Shown: positions 53,139 to 64,000 of the stretch, piece by piece
Position numbering within the stretch: position 1 is the first letter of the stretch
Layout: each line of letters starts with the position of its first letter
DNA from: Octopus sinensis
Lineage: Eukaryota
Assembly: GCF_006345805.1 (NCBI RefSeq)
Contig: NC_043002.1
Location: 29,884,001 to 29,948,000 of the forward strand
Direction of reading: 5' to 3'
Length of the DNA: 64,000 nucleotides
Notes under the pieces: generated by a model
Seen by the model: only the letters and a program-made list of their open reading frames with translations
Databases searched by the model: none
Told to the model about the DNA's origin: nothing
Position numbers and translations under genes: made by a program

Positions 53139-53458
53139 TTGTCAGCCCACGGTTACGGTGCTCGAACCCGTACCCTTTGAATTCCGGCTAAGTATTCTAC
53201 CATTAAGCTAATCGGACCGCTGATAATATTCACTGCCAAATTCAACGCTAAATAATAATAACTTTGGAATGCGACAAAATTTTCTAAACAAAGTTTGGAA
53301 ACGTTGAATATGTTTCGTATTTCACAGACAAGAAAGTACCTTTCGATCTCGTTTAATTTGACGGTGATTGTCGTCAGCGGACCGTTTAGCTTAACGGTAG
53401 AGTACACAGCCGGCATTTGAGGGATACGAGTCCTAGTTCTACAGCCGCCTGCTGACAA
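53139..53458. mobile_element. Fold-back element made of two divergent tRNA-like units
   Basis: Arms 53139-53248 and 53350-53458, ends ttgtcagc/gctgacaa. Each arm has cagcgg.ccg.ttagcttaa.ggtaga.tac..agccgg.att..ag (D-arm/A-box-like); the left arm keeps cgggttcgagcaccg (T-arm/B box). Confidence 0.7.
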
Positions 53459-53568
53459 ATTTTCCCGTCGTAAAAGAGTAAAATACACAATCTTTCTGCT
53501 GTTTCACGGCTATACTGCATGGGAAATTTATTATCTTGTCTGTTTTATATATTTTGTTATAAGATATT

Positions 53569-53780
53569 GGTTTCAAATTTGGTACAAGGCCAGAAATTTT
53601 TGAGGAGGAAATAAACCAACAATATCGAGCCTAGTATTTAACTGGTACTTATTTTATCGACTATGAAACGATGAAAGGCAAAGTTGTCCTCGACAGAATT
53701 TGAATTCAGAAAGCGAATACGGATGAAAGGCTGCTAAACCTTTTGCACGGAGTGCTAACTATTCTCCAGTTCGCCACCTT
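53569..53780 (-). mobile_element. SINE family A (A2 tail)
   Basis: ggtttcaaatttggtacaaggccag tail; ctggtacttattttatcgac...gaaaggcaaagt core. Confidence 0.85.
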
Positions 53781-53962
53781 GCACACTTTAGAAATAAAGA
53801 TTATATTGTTAACTAACGATATTCCTTTGTTATTCAATGTCAACCAATCAGCTGTAGCAAAAATAAAGATTCAAAGAACTGTACAATAGGCTCAGGATGT
53901 AAAAGTTTTGTGGCTTCAGCTACCAATACACTGTCCGGGTATGTTGTGTGTGACTGTGTGCA

Positions 53963-53997
<35 letters not shown>

Positions 53998-54329
53998 GAG
54001 AGAGAGAGAGGGAGAGATAATGAAAGGTGGATAAGGACAGAGAATTGTAAAAGTGTCCTGATTTAGATCTGGCTCGGTTGGCGCCTCTTGTCGTCAAAGT
54101 AAGATTTCATTTCACCTGGCTCCAATCTACTCAGTTCTAAATGAATACCAACCAGAAATTTGATCCAGATCTCTGTCCGGCTGTCTATTTGTCTGTCTAT
54201 TTGTCTGTCTGTCTGTCTGCCCGTCTCTGTCTTCCTCTCTCTCCGACAGCCACATTCTAGATCTATCACTGTGCAAAAAAAAAAATGAAAAGTGGGATCA
54301 GAGATCTTTGCCAAACCATAAGTTTATCA

Positions 54330-54495
54330 GGCCGGTTTCCGAGATTCTGTGATATATTAATTCCCATCCCAACGAGACGTCGCAGGATTTCTCATTATTA
54401 TCAACTGAGTGGATTGCAGCGACGGGAAATGAAGTGTTTTGCTCAAGAAAACAACGTATCGCTTGGGTTCAAGAATTGAAACCACGATGCTTCGA
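54330..54495 (-). mobile_element. CORE-like SINE fragment (family C-related)
   Basis: Reverse complement gttgttttcttgagcaaaacacttcatttcccgtcgctgcaatccactcag parallels 55260-55315. Confidence 0.55.
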
Positions 54496-54792
54496 AGCTA
54501 CCTACGTTTGAAGGCTATAATGTATATGTTTGATTACATGTGAGTGTCCATGAGTGTGTATCTATCTAAGTGTGATCTTATATGTCGGTGTTTGCCTCCC
54601 TTTGTAAAATGCATTTTACGCCACAAGTTTGACAAGCGGTGTTAGTTCCTTTACGTCCTCTTTACGGTCCGTAAAAAAATGGCCTCTACCGAAATAAATA
54701 CCTGGCTATAAAATGCTTCAGTTTGATTTGACGGACTAATGCCTTCAAAACAGTGTCTAAGTGTGGCTGCTGTTTGATTATTAAAGCTGATA

Positions 54793-54828
<36 letters not shown>

Positions 54829-54887
54829 ATGTGTGTATATATATATATATACATATATATGTGTGTGTGCATATATATATGTGTATA

Positions 54888-54945
<58 letters not shown>

Positions 54946-54948
<3 letters not shown>

Positions 54949-55111
54949 CGCAGCAGTGGTGTGTGGTAAGTAGCTTCCTTATGAACCACTTGGTTCCGGG
55001 TTCTCATCCCACTGCGTGGCACCTTGGCCGAGTGTCTTCTACTATAGCTACAGGCCGATCAAGGCCCTGTAAGTGGATTTGTTAGACAGAGATTGAAAAA
55101 GCCTGTCGTAT
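54946..55111 (+). mobile_element. 5' half of SINE family B
   Basis: aggcgcagcagtggtgtgtggtaagtagc...ccactgcgtggcaccttggccgagtgtcttctactatagc. Confidence 0.85.
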
Positions 55112-55176
55112 ATGTACATATGTGTTTGTGTGCGTGTGTGTGTATATATATATTATATATATATATATATATATGA

Positions 55177-55480
55177 GAGGATATAGTAAATTGTCCTTTG
55201 ATAGAGCGTCAGGCTCACAATCATGTGGTAGTGAGTTCAATCCCCTGACGAGGTTGTGTGTTGTGTTCTTGAGCAAAACACTTTATTTCAGGTTGCTCCA
55301 GTTCTCTTAGCTGTAGAAATGAGTTATGACGTCAATGGTGTCAAGCTGTGTGGGCTTTTGCTTTTCCTATGTATAACATCGGTGCTGTGAAGAGGGGAAA
55401 CTTGTAGCCATCTCCAGAATTGTGTATTAGAGGGTAACATTCTAGGTGCACTTCCATGATTATTCATGACCGAAGGAGGT
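55177..55480 (+). mobile_element. tRNA-headed CORE-like SINE (family C)
   Basis: gagttcaatcccc B box followed by gttgtgttcttgagcaaaacactttatttca...ctcttagctgtagaaatgag. Confidence 0.6.
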
Positions 55481-56194
55481 CCTATAAACATAATTATAAT
55501 CAGGAGTCAGGTAATCGCTTTGCCACAAACCGAATTTAGAAAATAGGAGTTAAAATGCCTTTTCTGCTACCATAAAGATCTCCCAGACAGTAAAACACTT
55601 TTTTACGTAGGCAAAAAGAAAAACTAACGAATCCACACGACTCAGATTAGCTACATACGCGTTTCGAGATTAAAGTAAAGTTATATTTACTTACTTATTT
55701 CCCATCTTCAGTGCAGCACTTCGAGATATAAATTTGAGAGTGTTAGGGTTAAATATGTACGCAATCAAGCATCATCGCAAAACCGATATTCAGCCAACAC
55801 TTCCAAAAATATACAGCCGAATGTGAACACGTATTCATCCTCAATACCCACGTGTGTGTTGCGAGTAATCCCGCAGAAATTATAGTTTTCGATCAGGGAA
55901 TAAATTAGATTTCAATAATAATAAAAGGGTCAAATTATTTAATTAATTAATTTATTTATTATTAATTATTAATTTTACGAAGTAGTTAGGTACGTTAAAA
56001 TAAACTTTTTAGGTAAAATCATACAAATATTCTATAATTATAAACATAATTATAATCAGGTGTCAGCTAATTTATATATATATATATATACACACACATA
56101 CATACACACACATATACATACATAGGAGTGAGTGGATAAACAAAAAGAAAAGGACACTCAACACATTTAGTAGGAGCTAAATGTGTTATTCAAA

Positions 56195-56372
56195 ACTAGC
56201 AAGCCGGATAAAACGCTTTGCGTCATTTGTCCGAATTCAAATTTCACTGAGGTCGACTTTTCGGCTTCAATAAAATAAGTACCAGTTCAGCACTAGTCGA
56301 TGTAATCGACTAGCCCCACCCCCACCCCCACCCCCACCCCCGAAAATGCAGGCCTTGTCCCAAAATTTGAAA
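56195..56372 (+). mobile_element. SINE family A (A2 tail) with expanded (CCCCA)n
   Basis: gaattcaaatttcactgaggtcgac...aataagtaccagtt...tcgactagccccacccccacccccacccccaccccc. Confidence 0.8.
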
Positions 56373-56986
56373 AAACATCATCATTATTGACATTAGTACC
56401 TCTTTTCATTACACACACACACACATACTAGCATGAGTACATGCATGTAAGCGTGTATTTATGTGTGTGTGTGCATGTATATTACTGTACGTAGGATTTT
56501 GTCCAGTTTTAGGCGAAAATTACTCGTCCTGTAATTAAAATGAGGGGAAACAGTAAAACAAATACACAAAGAGCAATAGAGAGAAGAAAAATATAAGAAA
56601 GCAATGTAAAACAAAACGGTATTCATTAAGCTGTGAAATATATGTGTAAAACATGTCAGTCATAGGTTTGGTATGTGTACAGCGGAGTATTAATACGGAT
56701 ACCGAAGTCTTTTATTTAGTACAACAGCGAGATTCTACTGACCAAGGTCAGACTTAGGTAAATAGCTACATAAATACGTACATACATACATATGCTCATA
56801 TGTACATACATATATACATACACAGATGCATACATATATTTAGGTGTATGTATGTATACATATATATATATATGTCTATATGCTTGTATATGTGTGTAGG
56901 TATATGGATATGTATGTGTGTGTGTCTGTGTGTCTACATATACACACATATACACACATATATATATATGTGTATCTATGTGTGTG

Positions 56987-57040
<54 letters not shown>

Positions 57041-57435
57041 TGTGTGTGGGTGTATGTGTGACAGTGTATATGTTTGTTTGTATGTATGTGTACATGCGGC
57101 AAAGCAAGTAAGTAGTCTCCTAGCTATTTGTTGTTTCTTTTTTACAATATTAGTGTTTTTATTTTGTCCTCTTTCTTTACAATTTATCCATTTGTCCAGC
57201 CATACTTTGGAAACAGTGTTAAAAGTCAGTAATTTTAGTGTAGCTTGTTAATGAATAAATATATAATGAATCTAGTGAGGTCACTTGTACCTGACATATA
57301 TGTCCATTCTTATAAATGTCCATCGTCCAGTCCATGTTACTTTCTCTCTTTCCTTCTTTTTCAGTCCGTCTGTCTGTGACTCTTTTTCTCACCCTCACCT
57401 TGTCTGAGATCTTCTATATTATTATTTTATTATTT

Positions 57436-57865
57436 AAGGCGGTGAGTGGGCAGAATCGATAGCGTATCGGACAAAACGCTTAGAGGGGTTTCTTCTTCCT
57501 TTTACGATATGAGTTCAAGTTCCACTGAGGTCGACTTTCCCTTTCAGCCTTTTAAGATTGATAAATTAAGTACCAGTGAAACACTGGGATCGATGTAATC
57601 GACTAGTCCCATCCCACCAAAGTTCAGGTTTTGTGCCATTTAGTGGAATGGATTATTTAAGGTGGTTTGCTGGCAGAATCGATAGCGTGTCGGACAAAAT
57701 CTCTTAGCGGCATTTCTTTTTACCATTATGAGTTCAAGTCGACTTAGTTTTTTTTATGTGTTGAGGATAGATAAAATAAAGTAGCTGTTGAACACTGGAG
57801 TTTGTGTAATCGAGTTACCCCGTCCCCTAAAATCAATGGCCTCGTGCCAAAATATTATTTGAAAC
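57436..57865 (+). mobile_element. Tandem pair of SINE family A (A3 then A2 tail)
   Basis: aaggcggtgagtgggcagaatcgatagc ... gtggaatggattatt|taaggtggtttgctggcagaatcgatagc. Confidence 0.85.
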
Positions 57866-59199
57866 TTTAAATTTCCTGTTTCATTCGTATACCTCTGGGT
57901 CCAAACCATGGGTTTCAGTTTATGCTAAGTAAGTGTTGACTCATTGAAGACAGCACCATCTGTAGCATATGTGTTGTTCCTAGCAGTGTAACTTTTGTTT
58001 TTATTTCTTGTAGATCAATATTTCTTAGGATTTTTCCAGTCCTGTTTTGATTAACTTATGTCCGATCAAAGATGTTGTTTTTGTTGTTGTTGTTGTTGTT
58101 GTTGTCATCATCGTCGTCATCGTCGTCGTCATACTTGTTGTTGTTGCCGTCGTCGTAGTCGTTGTTGTTATGAAGTGTGGTAGGAAGACAAAGAGATTAT
58201 CAAAATGGAAAGTTTCAAAAGTTCCTACCTGATATGGGAAATTTTAGAAAGAGTCCTATGACAAAAGTGCTTAACGGGCAGATCGGAGCTTTCTTGGAAC
58301 AAACATTCTTCAAGACTGGGTTATCAAAAGTAAAAATAACGTAGATTGCCTTACTCAACTATTCGCAAGATAACACGCCCAAATTAAGTTACAATTGTTT
58401 GGAAGCAGTGACACTTGCTGAGTTATTTAATGTAACTAAATATAGATATGGTAGACAATAATGAAACCTTGGATTTCCTCAATGAATTTGATTGCTCTTC
58501 TGCCTGAATATGATCTCTATGCTTCTTTCAGTCAGCCTGAGATGAGCAGCGTAAAAGTGCTGATTCGGAATCGCATGATTCTTAAAAGTAGCAGGATTTC
58601 TCAAGAATAGTAAGTCAATTATCACAGGTTAGAGCGGCCCTGGAGGCTAGTGACTTTTTTTTGCCTCGACAGAAGCTGGAAAGCAGAGGGTCTTCAGACG
58701 TCCAGAGTCCTCGGAGCATCTGGCTTTTTTGTTTTAGGTGGTGAGCGGAAAATCATCAAAAGTCAAGCCATTAAACTGCAAGCAAGGATTTTGCAGGAAT
58801 AGCTAATAGAAGAGGTCTATATAAAATCTAATAGACCAGCTCAGGCACTTTCATTTGAATGAGAAGTGTCTCCCGAATTTCTCCATCTTACTAGGACAAT
58901 CCGATAGGAATAATGAAAGATTTGTCTGGTTTCGGGTTGCACGCATCACAGTCCACAAGTCTGAAATCAGTGCGGTCAAATTAGACAAAACTAGTAAATA
59001 GGTATCCGAGCACATGCAGCTAAATGTATTTTTCTCAGTTTCGGGAAAGTTTTATTTATCAGCTTAACAAAATATTTAAGCGAGATTTGAGAAAGAAATC
59101 ATAAAAAATAAGAGGTCATCGATTTCATTAGAAAAGAAAATTAGAGCAGATTCTGTCTGTTTTAGCAAAGTTGTAGCAACAGAAAACAGTAGTCAGAAG

Positions 59200-59620
59200 G
59201 TGGCTTAAGAAACTGATTTGTGAATGCATACGAAATCATTTAGTCGCGTTTGGAGGGACAAGAGTCTTTCGCTACTTTGTCGACGAAAATCACAAACGAT
59301 GCGTTGTTCATGCAGGACAAGATGTGAAACACGATCGGGAAGATGCCTTTCGATAGACACACTTGGTGGAGTGGTGCAGTGTCTGGAGAGCGCCACAGCT
59401 CAATAATTGAAAGACTATAGCAAGTGTGTGCTTCACAATTTCTCGCAGATTAAACCATATTTTGGGAGGATTTTACCGCATTTTGTCGAACTGTACGCAA
59501 TGAACGATGACTGTGGACTTCAATGACGGCCTAGCCGGTTAGCTACAGTTATTCACCGGGAAGAGCGGACTTCTTGTTCTGCTGTACATATTGACATGTC
59601 TTCCGGACTGGATGGTCTGC
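59200..59620 (+). mobile_element. Possible highly decayed L1/Tx1-type RT remnant
   Basis: gatcgggaagatgcctttcgataga (59333) reads DREDAF/DR with one frameshift (cf. DQEKAFDR); LLVLLYIL at about 59570 (cf. SPLLYIL). Confidence 0.35.
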
Positions 59621-60660
59621 TCCACAAAATTTACATTAGTATGTCACATTTGGTTGCTACTGCCTTCGCAGCAGTCTAATGTTACTGGTAGGTCATGTAA
59701 GTTGAGTAGTGGTGACACAGGAATGTGGGAATCATATATTTGTCTGAATTAATAACATGATATTAATGAAATTACTGAATAATCTGAATGATATTGTAGT
59801 GATTGAGGAACAGGGGTGAGTCAAATACACCGAACTCCAAAAGGGCAGACCATGATGAACTAAAAGTACACTGCTCAGAGGACGAGGAGTGCATCATTGC
59901 TTGGCTAAAAACAAGAATGCTCGAGCGCTACTTCGGAAGTTGAATTGCTAAGGAACACAAAATAGTCAGTCGTGGTTTGCCCTGATTTTTTCCGAAGTGG
60001 CAGCTTCTTGCTCTTGTGTAATTATTTTGACTTTGTTCCTTGCTTTACACGCATACACTCACGCATACACATATGGACACATTCATACACACACTTATAT
60101 AAGAATTATATTAAAACAACTTTAAAAAAAAAAGGAAGCAAACTGACACGAACTATACAACACTTATTATTGATGCTTTTACGTACAAAATTGATAATTT
60201 TAAATTTAAGAAAATCTTTCTTCATACATCGTGAGTGTAACAAGAATTCTTGGCAAAACATATCTATAAGCACACATGCATATGTGTGTGTGTATGTGCG
60301 TGAATGCACGTATGTATATATGTACAAGTGTTGAGTGGCAAAGGTTTGTGTTGCAAAATCACTGCAATTGTCATTCTACAAAAGTTAAGCGAGACGAACT
60401 GTTGTGCTGATAACGCCTATTGAAAGGAAAAAAAAAATCTCCCAGATGTCCACAAGCTGTCATTACCAATTGTCACCAAACGATTGGCGTACATTTTCTG
60501 GAAGGGACGATAATTTTAATAAATCAAGAATTTATCTTATAAGTTATAAACTCTTATTCCTATTTGTTAAATACATGCCTCAAGTTATTTCCCTTGGCAC
60601 ATTTTGGGTTCATTCCTGTGTATGTATAAGTGTTTGCATATGTATATATGTATGCATATA

Positions 60661-60893
60661 TATTTCTTTACTACCCACAAGGGGCTAAACACAGAGGGGA
60701 CAAACAAGGACAGACAAACGGATTAAGTCGATTACATCGATCCCAGTGCTTAACTGGTACTTAATTTATCGACCCCAAAAGGATGAAAGGCAAAGTCGAC
60801 CTCAACGGAATTTGAACTCAGAACGTAACGGCAGACGAAATACGGCTACGCATTTCGCCCGGCGTGCCAACGTTTCTGCCAGCTCGCCGCCTT
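60661..60893 (-). mobile_element. SINE family A (A1 tail), low divergence, 11-bp TSD
   Basis: TSD gtatgcatata at 60650-60660 and 60896-60906. Confidence 0.92.
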
Positions 60894-60908
60894 TAGTATG
60901 CATATACT

Positions 60909-60943
<35 letters not shown>

Positions 60944-61149
60944 ACATTCAGGTGTGTGATTTGTTGCTCTTTAGCACCAGATCACCTTTTATGATGCAGA
61001 ACTAAACCTTAGTATTTCAGATCAACCTATCTTTTACATATGTATAAGATGATCATAAGCATCTCATTCCCCGCCCCAGCTCTAATCAGAATGATACGAG
61101 AAAAATTTAGCTGCTTTTTCTTGCATATCGAGTGATCAAATAAGAAAAT

Positions 61150-62030
61150 CCTTATTTGGATTGTGGTGATAGTAGTGGTGGTACCAGTTAAGTGGTCACA
61201 ATATGCAAGTAATAGCGACAACAGTAGTGTAAAGATAGACTATCTATATCGTTCATTATATAATTGGCAATGTTTTAATTAAGAATGTGTGGGAGTGACC
61301 AAACCTTTCCTAAAGGTGCAGGATTAGGGTAGATGTGGTGGAGGTGTCGGAGAAGTGTCATAGTGACGGAAATATAGACGTAGGTTAAGTAGGTATGGTT
61401 ATTTAAAATGAAAGGTTTAAAGAATAAAATATCTCGATGAGGAAGTGTCGATAATAGATATGGCGATTGGGATGGTGGGTGTAATAATGGTGACGGTTGT
61501 GATGATGTTGGCGGTGTTGAAGATAGTGTGGTTGCGATGATAGTTGTGGTAGTGATGGTGGTAGTGGTGGTGGTGGTGGTGATAGTGGTAGTGGTGGTAG
61601 TAGTGGTAGTGATGGTGATTGTGGTGATGGTGATGGTGGTGGTGATGGTGGTAGTGGTGGTGGTAGTAGTGGTAGTGGTGGTGGTGGTGGTGGTGGTAGT
61701 GGTGGTAGTGGTGGTAGTAGTGGTAGTGGTGATGGTGATGATAATGTTGGTAGTGGCTGTGGCGATGACAGTGAAGGAGAACGATACAGGTACTGATGAG
61801 GTTGCTAGTAGGTGGGTGACAGAGTGGTGGTGGCGACGGCGGCGCCGGCGCCGGTGGTGGTGGTGGTGGTGGTGGTGGAGTTGTTGTCGTCGTCATCTTC
61901 TTTTATAGCAGTGGTGGTGGGTATGGTCGTACTGGTAGTTCTGTTGGTGTTAGTGAAGGTTAAAATACTGGTGTGGGTGTGAAGTGCTTGTGCTGGTGGT
62001 AGGGGCGATGCAGGTATGAACAAAAACAAA
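61150..62030. repeat. (GGT/GTA/GAT)n low-complexity tract
   Basis: Direct reading; source of the poly-H/poly-V ORFs 61417-61908. Confidence 0.9.
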
Positions 62031-63422
62031 GTAACAACAAAAATTGTGGGAAATGATTTTGTACACCTCCGGAGTGGGATTACTAATTAAAAATGTGTAA
62101 TTATCTAATTGAGAATTATGCGCTGGTCTGGTGCAATAAAGCTACTCTAACCAAAATGACCTTTATAATTATACATGATTGACTAAAAGCATACATGATA
62201 ACTTTCATGTTCAGCATGTCCAGTGTGATTGTGTGTGTTGATCATGATCTCACCACCTACGTATGTCACCCTTCCATTTTTTTTCTCTTACTATTCACAT
62301 ATTACATAATGAGCGTGTCTGAAATTGTGGACATTTTTTAGGGTCTGCAAAGATAAATAATTCCGTCGTTCGTAAGAAGCAATATTTTGAGGTGTTTTAT
62401 TTTTACTTAATTTCTCCTCAGAATTGAACACCACCTTTTGCTCCCCACTTTACCACCTGTAACGCTTTGTTTCTTATTTCTGTCATCATTTCAATTCTTA
62501 ATCTTCCTTCACTTCTCACCTTGAACTACTTATACTCATTCGTTCTCATCACATCAAACACCAAACCAAGTACATTTATTCACTTCAGTTCCTTCCTCAT
62601 TCACTTGTCAATAATACCATTTTCTCTAAATTACTCTGAGACAAAGGAAAACTGTCCGAAACATCATTTTAATCATTCCTCGTGGCAATAAAATTTTATA
62701 AATTCAGTTGATGACTAAGTGACACTACCGCTGTCTCAGATTATGGATTTTGATCAAACATAATGAAACAAGTAGACACAGTGAAGTCATTAAATGGCAT
62801 CTAGTGGAGAGGTTCCAAGACGTGTGCCCAGGAGATTTGGTGGGTATGGAATTACCCTTTATTCACCATAGCTTCTAGGTTAACTCACTCGAGTGTGTAG
62901 TACCAGCCAATAGCCCTAGTTATGGGTCAAATAGCAAAAGATGGGCTTTTTAATTAAGACAAACAGAACTCGCTGTAGGCTGGCCACTCGATCTGTGTCA
63001 CAGGCAAATACGCATATGAACCTGTCCTAATGTTACATTATCCAGTTTTCCTACTTTGGGATTCATTACACTTTTACCTCAAGGGTAAGCTTCAGTAGGA
63101 ATGATACTTGTACAATGAACAGTAAATAAACCAGCACAAGATTACATGAAACCATTAATGTACCTTTCTCAAAAAAAAAAAAAAATGACACTTCGGGCAT
63201 TGGAGCAGAGCCTATAACAAACTATGATTGTTATATGAAAAACCGGAGATGGCAAGTAAGGATAAGAAAGATCACAGAAAAGAAAACAGAGGATTGTAGA
63301 AGACTCCTGTGAGTAGAGGCAAACATGGTGATTAATGAAATTTAAGTAACAAGTGTATGCTTATATACATTATTTACGTTATTTACATTTGACGGATATT
63401 TGTCCTCATCTTGCTTGTTGTT

Positions 63423-63468
63423 AACACAACGTTTCGGCTGATATACCCTTCAGCCTTCATCAAGTATC
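63423..63468 (-). ncRNA. Minimal hammerhead-ribozyme-like motif
   Basis: 5'-gatac TTGATGA a ggctg aagggtatat cagcc GAAACGT T gtgtt-3': 5-bp stem II, stem I with wobbles, palindromic ACGT stem III; C3 is U in this copy. Confidence 0.6.
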
Positions 63469-63543
63469 ATGGGGAAATGAGAACCTAGGTTCTCAATCCT
63501 AAGGTACTTTCCGATGTTGTTGCTGTTGTTGTTGTTGTTGTTG

Positions 63544-63614
<71 letters not shown>

Positions 63615-63617
<3 letters not shown>

Positions 63618-64000
63618 TAGTTTTATTTTTATAGCGTGCTTTCACTTCATTACCGAGCGCAGCTCTGTGTGCCTTGGGTATGTGCTGTGATTTGTTGTGA
63701 TGCTCTGATGGTTATTGTATGGAAAGTGTTCTGCGTAGGATGTGTGCAGTGCCTAGTAGTGCAATTTTCTGTATGTTATATGTGTTTGTAAGTCCTGGTG
63801 TTTTTGTTATGTATTTGTCTGAATATTTTTTTATCATGCCTAATGCACCTATTATGATAGGAATTGTTTCTGCTTTCAGGTTCCACATTCTAGTTACCTC
63901 TATTTCCAGGTCTTTGTATTTTGAGAGTTTCTCCATTTCTTTTAGAGACACGTTGTCATCTGCCGGTATTGATACATCAATTAGAAAGCATTTTTTTTTC
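63615..64000 (-). mobile_element. R4/Dong-like (REL endonuclease) non-LTR retrotransposon 3' end, ending in (AAT)n; runs off the window
   Basis: Open frame from the window edge: KKKCFLIDVSIPADDNVSLKEMEKLSKYKDLEIEVTRMWNLKAETIPIIIGALG...IQKIALLGTAHILRRTLSIQ*; ~97-nt 3' UTR abutting (AAT)n. Confidence 0.88.
63712..63999 (-). CDS. C-terminal 95 aa of an RT-REL polyprotein (partial, 5' end outside the window)
   Basis: No stop from 63999 to the TAA at 63712-14; IDVSIP-D...EKLSKY-DL restriction-like endonuclease signature. Confidence 0.8.
   Translation of the reverse strand, partial: KKKCFLIDVSIPADDNVSLKEMEKLSKYKDLEIEVTRMWNLKAETIPIIIGALGMIKKYSDKYITKTPGLTNTYNIQKIALLGTAHILRRTLSIQ

Noticed and set aside
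53139-53458. Calling the arms functional tRNA genes
   Set aside because: Acceptor and anticodon stems do not pair fully, there is no U33, and the right arm lacks an intact T-loop; kept only as tRNA-derived.

Overview
AT-rich eukaryotic (animal) genomic DNA, almost entirely repeats. The mix of microsatellites and SINE families looks like an octopus or other cephalopod genome; this is inference from recognition, not a search. I found no intact protein-coding gene, rRNA, true tRNA or CRISPR array. Nearly all ORFs in the track are translations of (TA)n, (CA)n, (CATA)n, (GATA)n and (TAA)n microsatellites. Supported content: (i) about 35-40 copies of two main tRNA-derived SINE families, here called A and B, plus a third CORE-like family; (ii) DNA transposon relics: a full-length but dead 1.22-kb Tc1 with D36E spacing (Incomer-like), two mariner relics, a hAT MITE, a pogo/Tigger-like MITE and a long-TIR TA-flanked element; (iii) LINE 3' ends: two CR1-clade-like fragments whose 3' end matches the SINE B tail, an R4/Dong-like REL element in (TAA)n with a second stub, and another REL fragment; (iv) an unclassified ~550-bp (AAT)n-tailed element in 3 copies; (v) two minimal hammerhead-ribozyme-like motifs with a palindromic ACGT stem III; (vi) many fold-back or palindromic structures at (TA)n tracts, and a fold-back element built from two inverted tRNA-like units. 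One isolated candidate exon (38978-39091, +) may belong to a host gene. The best 'system' candidate is a microsatellite-centred element ecology: SINE B carries microsatellites, hairpin-ended and hammerhead-bearing elements land in (TA)n, and REL elements land in (TAA)n. Family names are from motif recognition only and need database checks.
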